DNA of 32,896 nt. It comes from Candidatus Pacearchaeota archaeon (GTDB lineage Archaea > Nanobdellota > Nanobdellia > Pacearchaeales > GW2011-AR1). This document shows, in pieces, positions 25,701 through 31,519 of this stretch. The stretch lies in NCBI GenBank assembly GCA_014728565.1, contig WJLK01000035.1:1-32896 (forward strand). Reading direction: 5' to 3'. The notes under the pieces are model-generated. The model made no database searches, was not told the origin of the DNA, and saw only the letters and a program-made list of their open reading frames with translations. The translations under genes were made by a program, and so were the position numbers. Each line of letters begins with the position of its first letter. Positions within the stretch are counted from its first letter, which is position 1.

Positions 25701-25895
25701 TGAAGGATGGCTTGTGTTATAGCCAGTTGGATAACCTCCATAACTGGATGAATATCCTGATCCTGAAGGATAACCAGAACCAGTTGGATAACCAGTATTA
25801 TAACCATAAGGAGAGGTTTGAGCAATTAAAATTGGAATAAATAAAATCACAAATAAACTTAAAATTCCAGATTTTATTTTCAGATTTTTTTTCAT
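19779..25895 (-). CDS. Giant secreted protein (2038 aa), orphan: signal peptide, Tyr/Gly/Ser-rich low-complexity head, TPR-like hairpin, Cys-rich core module, acidic repeat, beta-rich tail
   Basis: A 6.1-kb uninterrupted ORF in an AT-rich genome, where stops are frequent by chance. Signal MKKNLKIKSGILSLFVILFIPILIAQ. I recognise no catalytic motif. ALGYYEKAIKHYQDLVDFFPNE...HEYPGSTSAKEAA resembles a TPR/YbgF-like hairpin. It starts 2 nt after the stop of the upstream gene. Confidence 0.85.
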   Translation of the reverse strand: MKKNLKIKSGILSLFVILFIPILIAQTSPYGYNTGYPTGSGYPSGSGYSSSYGGYPTGYNTSHPSNYNQGYYSDYGGYPSYGYSKNTQYSNPSYSGYGYNSQSYYSNYGFNQQDCMHRQDFIMQIAPGGCSPAVVRSDLLEEQNVPVFCKVVGVQTNPLIDMSTVRSIRFRGEYPEGISGVSYFPARAALRGYNYGGYGSGFNSNSIVDENIGYLVVVLSRYSKEGDMPDFIDANITAVIDYSTENAFGVGNTYFYLSEMSDNEWYRDYRDYGFWNGKGYIRAESIESDRAVISIYRNADSKENTITLRKGETSKEIYLGGFYCAAGLRLRLDSIGPPVESALLQINDQKLWVSRGDRILNNRCRVVDLQTYGGGGKITLECYGEQKRVELSLNPGKASFFLDSESGDYVANEKIRGDDNHYIGYIGMSSDGADFVVLVKDDFSDTKYEFQDKGVFETVENLVSTGASFKDLRNNIPGEIKKSYRTKYKKIKQEDLDKKLKVEILKKGDLSELKKGFGLEKVLVAKDKDWSSEDYDENTALALGYYEKAIKHYQDLVDFFPNEKMFEGEDPYAAKGLLEAAKLSKQFDMNARSQNFLKRLRHEYPGSTSAKEAARENDLLMKYDTTNSKKVIHLSNEVHFVDVLDFKKPKASEANAVVLIDGKQETLELNKVFRTGNYSLTLTELRSDYITLKYYEKGSGERTKRIKLGERSVVGDSEVKVLEINMVEQAKISILPNSYGPRSESSFHFRIGIEKRAIPLSPEMAKALMDGLIEAINAWNKINSKLGNVIRVMKAACFSTSSILTVKSYVDGLSGKSMARNTIMTGTGGWNQKCEELVNEGKYNSVEQCLLDKNNLINEDVDIYASEIEKTNNILKDIKDRVGVERSGPLDFDGYVDSEKVRKEFKKEFDKFCNSVDDKIVLPDKAETEVSFSGEKGICEWENMTHEQRRDIMTLYNVRRAGGSGVMTEMADQKLGNVVLEAKNYEEYITSKIKADEEAKKNNLGIQTTTPVGDKVTVGHIKKITNVDLDHSVYKNFKEGDTLIRIFIPSRDSVGGVNFESKTSVAGKEVLVQVKPVSDGQDEYTPDPSGKIFFVDGTEVKDKKAIEEVRDYMSMAGMKKIREASEDTYDNPMRNPDKLKVKYFERAPYKGLPAEIPFDTRKGWYVRMNYVLSGFGKPYDESGRVVNFYICNSGPNGLIEFQKSADDICRYYNAVNSVVDFPGLSESESREIVMKAQRAIADAAKQYGKERVTVGGKSFETGITTGGEEGRCTDFMAPEDCMLMFNVCDPVICPPSRCDLGGDYRVDNVIQSGIIGSLVLCLPNYKEGIAVPICLTGVHAGIDGYISIMNSTVDCLRESIETGRSVGICDEIRSIYLCEFFWKQAGPLLKTVIPQTFSGMYGQGTRGGGEYATVQTAWDNTQGAINYFQNEYAVNSMRAFQSRSTDQIGVDVCKSFVSSSFPSSLFAFDAWIEPDSPVQFHAWFYENQLTTASVPPTSHYKVYYHIYSGKDMGASYVVYLKNLPDMGYIHSTGSRVVARGYVPRGSQADEAVDFTGPSGFKQLCISVNGREECGFGRVSTSYFLNSMSDRYVEEQTNTQITTSEDCVAGTPSYHSLINPNLQAGIEETMQPALYNKGIVRVCSTENPGKQINSSGDYDGTGSSFERWKEVGYCDDPTIKCWLDLNSVKDVVVNKQVEQKIVQGGGSVVEIWPQAQSRAVADEAERMIQELLIDSEDNRATIESKITPIVTRLKDLIKYGTTNVDKARGQYILANLYAKISLGLYGRNPNNTLSLNTKSYVSSNEKVIVDEVLYDDIEDSSESSEEDVIVDEITYEDIEEGTKVGYYVVKKRGFLGTKFVIYRGNTATDYYITREADSEEIDYLIKREDWLLDSDVGEIRNSHVYVFSDFRNFLPELDGKFFDSESGKFISQNSESETAVFSDSMLKQDINIEIKRYEYGGHISIMYRYSNGNWISKDSSFVNKKLDYANGVRELVGLMEYSDWIYIHYGNQYWRWDKKNRDSKKLSEEVLNKLKELKV
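25557..25817 (-). repeat. Low-complexity coding region: 87-aa Tyr/Gly/Ser/Asn/Pro tract (residues 27-113 of the giant protein)
   Basis: TSPYGYNTGYPTGSGYPSGSGYSSSYGGYPTGYN...SYYSNYGFNQQ has 22 Tyr in 87 residues by hand count and only 3 ionisable non-Tyr residues. The DNA shows imperfect ggataacctccataa-type repeats. Confidence 0.85.
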
Positions 25896-25897
25896 TT

Positions 25898-27784
25898 TTA
25901 CTCAAAATTTATATCCAATCCAGATATCTCCAGTTTATTGAAATTAACCTGCAAATCCTCAACCTTATTAGGAACTCCAAAATCATCAATGTCAATAATT
26001 ATTTTCCTGGACTCTCTTAATTGAGATTCTGGAATATAATGTTTCTGCTTACCCCCTCCTGAAATTGCAAATCCAACACTCTGGCTAGGTATATTAAAAT
26101 CAAAACATTTTTCCTCTGTAAATCCAAGAACTCCTCCTAATCCTGATTTTGGAACTTCTATACACTTCTGGCTACTACTTCCTCTTAACACTATATCAGA
26201 ATCTGTATAAGAATAAACCTTTATCTCATACTGACCCTCTGTTAATTTAGCTGTTTTTTGTTCAGGATATGAAATAACCCATGAATCATCATCTCTTGTA
26301 AAAGTCACAACACAATAATCATCTAATTTTCTTCCAGATTTCCTAACCTCGACTTCCAGTAGATACTCTCTATCCAAAACAACATTAATACCTCCTTCAA
26401 TTCTTGGAACTAACTGTTTCTTGGGTTTATAACCTGGAGAACTTGCAATAACATAACCATTAACACACTGAGGAAAATCTGTTGACAAAACAAAATCATT
26501 CCCTTCTGGAATTGTGTAACCCATATCACAAGTTGTATCAAAACACTTATACTTTATATGAGCAGGAATTGGCTCTAGATTAGTATTATATGTATAAACT
26601 CTTGCTTTGGTATTTTTATGTTGGCATAACCCAGGAACAACATTTGGTAATCCCTCAACATCAGAAGCCTCTCTTGGTTTGTTTTTTTCAATAAAAACAA
26701 CTACTGGAAACTGAAACATCTCTTTTCCCTCAAATAACTGAATCATTACTGGAAATCCAAAATCATAAACAAAATGGTAGGGAACATAACAAAAACCCAA
26801 CATTCCCAAGCCTTCCTGCAATCCAACAGGGTCTGCTCTTAGATATCCCTCTTCAGAAGGCCATATCTCTAATTTCATTGGCCACTCTCTTAAATACATA
26901 AAATTAACATTAATATCTACATCCTCTCCAATATCATTAACAAAATACTTATGCTCCTCTTTTTTAATAACATAATAATCACCTTTGACTTTTATTGCAG
27001 GAATATTTCCCTCTAGTGCTCTGGTTAAATTTTCCCTGATATCCCAGACAGGCCAGATAAGACTTGAACAACCTAGTTCAACTCCATCAACAGGGGCATA
27101 TAATCTGAGTATGTCCACTCCGTAATTTTCTAAAAACATCTCATCCATATTATAATCATAAATTTTTTTAGCCAAATCATAATGCTTTCCTAGATTAGAA
27201 TTAACAACTAATTCATGTTTATTTCCACTCCAAGCAACATCCTCTAAACCAACATCCATATCCTGAATAACTTTGATTACTATCTTGTTTTTCTCAATCT
27301 CACTTTCAACATCAATATCACTACTAAGGTTTATCTGAAATCCTTGCTCAGAAAACTGGGATAAATCACACTGCAAAATTCTCTCCTCAAGATACCCACT
27401 CAACTGAGATTGCATTTTTTCTTTAGTAGGAACCTGCTCTCTAGAAATTCCATTGCCAGAAATATAATACCAGTAAGGAACTCCAGAACCTAAAAAATTC
27501 AACTGGGATGAAAAAGGAATATACATACTTCCTGGATAAAATTCAGGAGTATCAATATAACCAGCTTGCTGTCCTAATATCAATGCTCCATCTAAAACAT
27601 TTTCCTCAATACAACCTAGATAATAATCATAAACAGGATCAACCTCTCTGGGAAGTGATTTTTCTAAACTGCTCCTGTATATAAGATAGGCAATTATTCC
27701 TGCTATAATAACAATAACAATTGCTAAAATTACAAAAATAGTAACTTGAGCCCTTCTACTGTTTCTAACCTCCTTATTTATCAT
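25898..27784 (-). CDS. N-terminally anchored extracellular protein (628 aa from ATG 27784; 638 aa from the track's TTG at 27814), orphan
   Basis: MINKEVRNSRRAQVTIFVILAIVIVIIAGIIAYLIY is a short basic head, then Ala-Gln, then a ~24-residue hydrophobic helix (signal-anchor or class III/prepilin-like signal). The rest is beta-rich with paired Cys and no recognisable domain. Confidence 0.8.
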   Translation of the reverse strand: MINKEVRNSRRAQVTIFVILAIVIVIIAGIIAYLIYRSSLEKSLPREVDPVYDYYLGCIEENVLDGALILGQQAGYIDTPEFYPGSMYIPFSSQLNFLGSGVPYWYYISGNGISREQVPTKEKMQSQLSGYLEERILQCDLSQFSEQGFQINLSSDIDVESEIEKNKIVIKVIQDMDVGLEDVAWSGNKHELVVNSNLGKHYDLAKKIYDYNMDEMFLENYGVDILRLYAPVDGVELGCSSLIWPVWDIRENLTRALEGNIPAIKVKGDYYVIKKEEHKYFVNDIGEDVDINVNFMYLREWPMKLEIWPSEEGYLRADPVGLQEGLGMLGFCYVPYHFVYDFGFPVMIQLFEGKEMFQFPVVVFIEKNKPREASDVEGLPNVVPGLCQHKNTKARVYTYNTNLEPIPAHIKYKCFDTTCDMGYTIPEGNDFVLSTDFPQCVNGYVIASSPGYKPKKQLVPRIEGGINVVLDREYLLEVEVRKSGRKLDDYCVVTFTRDDDSWVISYPEQKTAKLTEGQYEIKVYSYTDSDIVLRGSSSQKCIEVPKSGLGGVLGFTEEKCFDFNIPSQSVGFAISGGGKQKHYIPESQLRESRKIIIDIDDFGVPNKVEDLQVNFNKLEISGLDINFE

Positions 27785-27950
27785 TTTTCTCCTTTTTTTT
27801 AACTTTTTTTTCAATTAAAGAAATAATCTCTGTATTAATATCTCTGTCTATTAATTTCTTAAATTTCTCCCATAATTCTTCATTCTCTATTAAAAGTAGG
27901 TATTTTTTCATCTCCAGCTCTTTTTTATATTCCTTTGTATAAAACAGCAT
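27774..27950 (-). CDS. Unlisted small ORF (58 aa; 45 aa if started at ATG 27911), possible ribbon-helix-helix-like protein
   Basis: My own codon-by-codon translation gives MLFYTKEYKKELEMKKYLLLIENEELWEKFKKLIDRDINTEIISLIEKKVKKKEKNDK*. The pattern is strand (KKYLLLIENE), helix (ELWEKFKKLI), helix (INTEIISLIEKK). It overlaps the ATG of the 628-aa gene by 11 nt and is below the track's length cutoff. Confidence 0.4.
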   Translation of the reverse strand: MLFYTKEYKKELEMKKYLLLIENEELWEKFKKLIDRDINTEIISLIEKKVKKKEKNDK

Positions 27951-27962
27951 ATTTAAATCTTT

Positions 27963-27994
27963 CTTACTAACTTAGTTAGTTAGTTACTAAGTAA
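27963..27994. promoter_or_regulatory. Nested direct/inverted repeat cluster (candidate operator) just upstream of a TATA-like GATTTAAAT (revcomp of 27951-27959)
   Basis: The sequence is cTTACTAAcTTAGTTAGTTAGTTACTAAgtaa. TTACTAA occurs twice (27964-70, 27984-90) flanking (TTAG)x3. ACTAA-c-TTAGT and CTTAGT-N9-ACTAAG are inverted repeats. Confidence 0.4.
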
Positions 27995-28058
27995 ATTTCC
28001 CAAACAAAAATTAAAAATTATAAAAAAAATCAGAAAAAATTGGAAAAAATTAGAATAA

Positions 28059-28130
28059 TGGCCCCACCAAGAATTGAACTTGGCTCTCTTCCACGTCAAG
28101 GAAGTGTTCTAACCATTGAACTATGAGGCC
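28059..28130 (-). tRNA. tRNA-Val (anticodon GAC)
   Basis: The reverse complement folds as a 72-nt cloverleaf: acceptor GGCCTCA/TGGGGCC, D-arm GTTC/GAAC, anticodon loop TTGACGT, T-loop TTCAATT, discriminator A. Confidence 0.9.
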
Positions 28131-28162
28131 TTATTTTTATAATAAACCATTATCTTATAAAT

Positions 28163-28441
28163 TTAACTAGCTTTACCTTTTTTACCGCCCTTAACCTGTC
28201 CCCAGTTTTCTCTGATATACCTTACTTTCAAAGAATTTTTATCAATCCTAGCAAGATAACATAAATCTTCAAAAAAATCTCTTGGCAAAGTTCTTCTCTC
28301 AATATAATAATTTTTAAGTGTTGAATATTTAATATTAAATCCAAACTGTAGAATTCCTCTCAATGAAAAACAACCAATTCTCTCTATAACTAGATCTAAG
28401 AATTTTCTCTGCTCTCCTTTTTTAAACAAAACTCTGTCCAT
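28163..28441 (-). CDS. Hypothetical protein (92 aa), possibly HTH-like
   Basis: Complete ORF. LRGILQFGFNIKYSTLKNYYIERRTLPRDFFEDL looks like a helix-turn-helix-type segment, followed by a Gly/Lys tail. There is no clear TATA at the canonical spacing. Confidence 0.45.
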   Translation of the reverse strand: MDRVLFKKGEQRKFLDLVIERIGCFSLRGILQFGFNIKYSTLKNYYIERRTLPRDFFEDLCYLARIDKNSLKVRYIRENWGQVKGGKKGKAS

Positions 28442-28565
28442 TTCCCTAAATAAATCTTTTGATTTTTGATGTTTTCTAAATCTTTATAACTCCGACACCA
28501 TAAGAGTGAAAAAGTTTAAAAACCTATCTTTTCAATCAATTATATCAAAAAATCCAGATAGCACA

Positions 28566-28874
28566 ATGAAAATCCCAAAAAAAACAAACAGATTCTGTCC
28601 TAAATGCAACAAAAAAACAGAACATAAAATAGATATAGTAAGCACTGGTTTTAAAAGAGGAACTCTCACTAGAGGTTCTATCTCAAGAACAAAGGCAAGA
28701 GGAGGATCAGCTGGAAAAGGTAATAAAGGAAAATATAGTAGAAAAGCTATTAAAAACTGGAAAAGAAAGACAAAAACAACAACCAGGAAAGTGTTAATCT
28801 ACAAATGCCAGGAATGCAAAAAATCAACTCTTGCAAAAAAATCCAGGAGAGTAAGCAAATTATTAATTGAATAA
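28566..28874 (+). CDS. rpl44e: 50S ribosomal protein L44e (eL42)
   Basis: MKIPKKTNRFCPKCNKKTEHK...YKCQECKKS is a four-Cys zinc ribbon in a basic ~100-aa protein. The track start at 28506 is GTG; the ATG at 28566 has AATTATAT (28537-28545) 20 nt upstream. Confidence 0.85.
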   Translation: MKIPKKTNRFCPKCNKKTEHKIDIVSTGFKRGTLTRGSISRTKARGGSAGKGNKGKYSRKAIKNWKRKTKTTTRKVLIYKCQECKKSTLAKKSRRVSKLLIE

Positions 28875-28881
28875 TATAAAA

Positions 28882-29589
28882 ATGGTAAAACAAACAAAAG
28901 TCCTTACTAGAAGAAAAAAATTCATTAAAGTAAATATTCCTTTTATAAAACAAGAAATAGAACTTCTAGGAATCAGTCCTAAGGATGTGGAAAACAAAAC
29001 AATAAAACTTGATTTAACAAGACAGTTAAAAGGAAAAAGCATAGAGGCTACTGTAAAAGTAAAAATTGAAAATGAAAAACCAGTGACTCATCCAGTTAAA
29101 TTAAGATTAATGCCTTACTTCATAAGAAGAATGATAAGGAAAAGAGTAAGTTATGTAGAGGATTCTTTTGAGACTCCGAGCCAGGAATCACTGCTAAAAG
29201 TAAAACCTTTTTTTATAACAAGAAAAAGAGTCTCAAGAGCAGTTAGAAAAACTCTAAGAAACAAAGCTAAAAACTGGATAGAAGATTACTTAAGAACAAA
29301 AAAAGACGAGGAAATTTTTAATGAAATTGTAACTAATAAAATACAAAAACCTCTTTCACTAAACCTCAAAAAAACTTATCCTCTGTCATTATGTGAAATA
29401 AAAGTTCTTGAGATAAAAATACCTCTTAAACCAGAAGAGATTCCAAAAGAAGAAATCCAGGAACCAGAAAAAAAATCTGAGCTAAAAGATGAATTAGAAA
29501 AAATTGAAAACCAAAAAATCAAAGAAGCAGAACAGGATATCAAAGAAACACAGAAAAAAGCATTAGAAAAAGATAATAAAAAAGATTAA
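28882..29589 (+). CDS. rps3ae: 30S ribosomal protein S3Ae (eS1) with a Lys/Glu-rich C-terminal extension
   Basis: KFIKVNIPF...LLG...NKTIKLDLTRQLKGK...ATVKVKI...YFIRRMIRKRVSYVED...KVKPFFITR...YPLSLCEIKVLEI follows the archaeal S3Ae pattern. The track start at 28867 is TTG; the ATG at 28882 lies 7 nt after the L44e stop. Confidence 0.85.
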   Translation: MVKQTKVLTRRKKFIKVNIPFIKQEIELLGISPKDVENKTIKLDLTRQLKGKSIEATVKVKIENEKPVTHPVKLRLMPYFIRRMIRKRVSYVEDSFETPSQESLLKVKPFFITRKRVSRAVRKTLRNKAKNWIEDYLRTKKDEEIFNEIVTNKIQKPLSLNLKKTYPLSLCEIKVLEIKIPLKPEEIPKEEIQEPEKKSELKDELEKIENQKIKEAEQDIKETQKKALEKDNKKD

Positions 29590-29655
29590 GCTTCAATAAC
29601 TATAAAAACTTTCATAATTCTTATTAAGCTCTCAAAAATTGTAACTAAAATCATT

Positions 29656-30654
29656 TTATGATTTAACTGCTCCAAAAACAATATTTCCTGAACAAGATCC
29701 AGCAACACCTATTGGAACATAAATTCTCCAGTAAGTGTCATTTAATGCCTCATTTTCAGTATCATTCTGCCTAAAAGCTAAATCAAACTGCTCTGTCACT
29801 GGACTGCTAGTTAAATTAGTATAATTTGCCTCAAACTGACTTAAAGTAAGAGTTCCAGGATGAGACTCTGTAACATTATATTTCTCCCAAAAGATTGAAA
29901 TATTCTGAACATTTCCATAAGTGCAGTTCATTGCATAACCATCTCCCTCAGTTCTTGCATAACCACTTAAATCAAGATCAATATCAACATTTCCATAATT
30001 TATAACAGAGGTTATGTTTTCATCAGAAACATAAGTTGCATTAACTGTACCATAATTTATAGTATCTGGAAGACCTACTGCAAGCAACTCATCAACAAAA
30101 CTAATGTTACTTCCTGTAGCATTCCAATTCTGAGTATCATTAATCCAGACTGTGCAGTTCCAGTCAGTTGAATTTGCATAATACTGAACAGGAAAAGTAC
30201 AGTTTAAGAGAGCTAAAAATTCATCATCAGTATAACCCATAAAACTAGTGAAATTTCTGGTTATATTGCAACTATCATTTGTATAATGAAAATTATTATC
30301 ATCACTGTCGCCATAAGAAGAACTGGTTGCAAAAAACCTTCCCCAACCAGAATTAAGATCAGTATCATTATTATAATCTCTAACTACAGCTATGCAAGTA
30401 ACTAACTGGGTACTATTCGGACTCAGGGTAACATTATCACCATAGTTAATATGAACACTCAAAAGTTCAGGCCATGTATTTCCAACCTCCAAATAAGTAA
30501 TAACAGTAACATTTCCCCCAACACCTCCAAAAACAGGAGAGCTAAATAATGGAAGTATTAGAAAAATCAATAGAGATTCAATTAAAATAAAAAAGACTAG
30601 TTCTAGTTTCCACCCTACTTTTTTTATTCTTTGTTTAAATTTTCCAAATTTCAT
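29656..30654 (-). CDS. Secreted/anchored sequon-dense protein (332 aa), hypothetical
   Basis: N-terminal KKVGWKLELVFFILIESLLIFLILPLF hydrophobic segment, 22 N-x-S/T sequons by hand count, beta-rich, ends YWRIYVPIGVAGSCSGNIVFGAVKS. It starts 2 nt after the upstream stop. Confidence 0.7.
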   Translation of the reverse strand: MKFGKFKQRIKKVGWKLELVFFILIESLLIFLILPLFSSPVFGGVGGNVTVITYLEVGNTWPELLSVHINYGDNVTLSPNSTQLVTCIAVVRDYNNDTDLNSGWGRFFATSSSYGDSDDNNFHYTNDSCNITRNFTSFMGYTDDEFLALLNCTFPVQYYANSTDWNCTVWINDTQNWNATGSNISFVDELLAVGLPDTINYGTVNATYVSDENITSVINYGNVDIDLDLSGYARTEGDGYAMNCTYGNVQNISIFWEKYNVTESHPGTLTLSQFEANYTNLTSSPVTEQFDLAFRQNDTENEALNDTYWRIYVPIGVAGSCSGNIVFGAVKS

Positions 30655-30656
30655 TT

Positions 30657-31430
30657 TTAATCAAGCTCAATATAAAGATAATAAGCAGTTCTTGTATCTG
30701 ATCCAGGAGTTGCATCTTCAGGAACAATCATCTGAAAATCATAAGTATTTCCATCAAAACCAACCTCACCTTCCTCTGAAAGTGCTGCATAAATAATATC
30801 TGAACCATCGTACAAAGCAACCTCCTCCCAGTAATTCTGATCACTCTGATTATTTGTATAGGTATTAGTAGTTGGACATGAATTTGCAGTTATGGATATT
30901 GTTCCAACATAAAAAGATTCATGAGCTCCTGATTCAGTTTCATTATTGCTTTCATTAAAAGTGGCATTAAAAGTAACAGTTAAATTATCATTAGGACTTG
31001 TATGATTAAAATAAGTATTTTCATTATTCAGATGAGTTATATTAGAACAATTTATATTGGTCCATGTTGGTGTCGTTGAATTTTTAGTAGCAAAAACTCT
31101 TCCACTAGCTGATGTAAACCCCCAATCAAATATTGTTGAACCTGTCTGATCAGTTAGTGCAAACTGTCCATTAATCCACCCAACAAATGCTTTCCAGTGA
31201 GTATTTTTTGTAGTTGTACTTAAATTCAAAGTTGCAATATATCCTCCAGATATATTAATCTCTTTTCCTGAAACATCAGATTTAGTCTCATTAGCAGTTA
31301 CATTTATAGAATCAGGACCTTGAGGAACAGCATTAATACTTGCTAAAGAAAAAAGTAAAATTATTCCAATTATTAAAAGAATTACAATTAAGTTCTGCAC
31401 TACTTCTTCTTTATTTTCAGGCCTCTTCAT
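30657..31430 (-). CDS. Secreted sequon-rich protein (257 aa), paralogue of the 273-aa protein
   Basis: Signal/anchor LIVILLIIGIILLFSLASINA. Shares W.AF.G, TWTNINC.NIT, WEEVALYD, YDFQMIVPED and a C-terminal YYLYIELD with the neighbouring gene. Confidence 0.7.
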   Translation of the reverse strand: MKRPENKEEVVQNLIVILLIIGIILLFSLASINAVPQGPDSINVTANETKSDVSGKEINISGGYIATLNLSTTTKNTHWKAFVGWINGQFALTDQTGSTIFDWGFTSASGRVFATKNSTTPTWTNINCSNITHLNNENTYFNHTSPNDNLTVTFNATFNESNNETESGAHESFYVGTISITANSCPTTNTYTNNQSDQNYWEEVALYDGSDIIYAALSEEGEVGFDGNTYDFQMIVPEDATPGSDTRTAYYLYIELD

Positions 31431-31519
31431 TTTTATCTCTGTACTTTACCTTTCTCCACTGAGAGTTAAGAAAATTCCTACTAACTAGAGCAAAGTTCCC
31501 TTAAATAATAATAGAAACT

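Noticed and set aside
25520-25825. 101-aa same-strand, alternative-frame ORF inside the giant gene
   Set aside because: It is a by-product of the repetitive Tyr/Gly/Ser-coding DNA: the shifted frame reads as Ile/Val/Leu/Gln repeats. It is nested wholly within the 6.1-kb ORF with no independent start signal.
27791-27811. Two T8 homopolymer tracts at the junction of the small ORF and the 628-aa gene, as phase-variation (slipped-strand) switches
   Set aside because: A/T runs of this length are common throughout this AT- and Lys-rich genome. There is no evidence of length heterogeneity from a single sequence.
17867-28130. Genomic island integrated at a tRNA (the surface module is flanked by tRNA-Leu and tRNA-Val)
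   Set aside because: There is no integrase or recombinase. I could find no direct repeat of either tRNA 3' end at the opposite boundary, only an 8-nt TCTCTCCC match at ~17717 on the wrong side. No obvious compositional break is visible by eye. tRNA flanking alone is insufficient.
28506-28881. N-terminal extensions in the track for L44e (GTG 28506) and S3Ae (TTG 28867, which would overlap L44e by 8 nt)
   Set aside because: Both use non-ATG starts and add non-conserved residues ahead of the family-typical N-termini (MKIPKK..., MVKQTK...). TATA-N20 supports ATG 28566, and ATG 28882 gives a simple 7-nt coupling.
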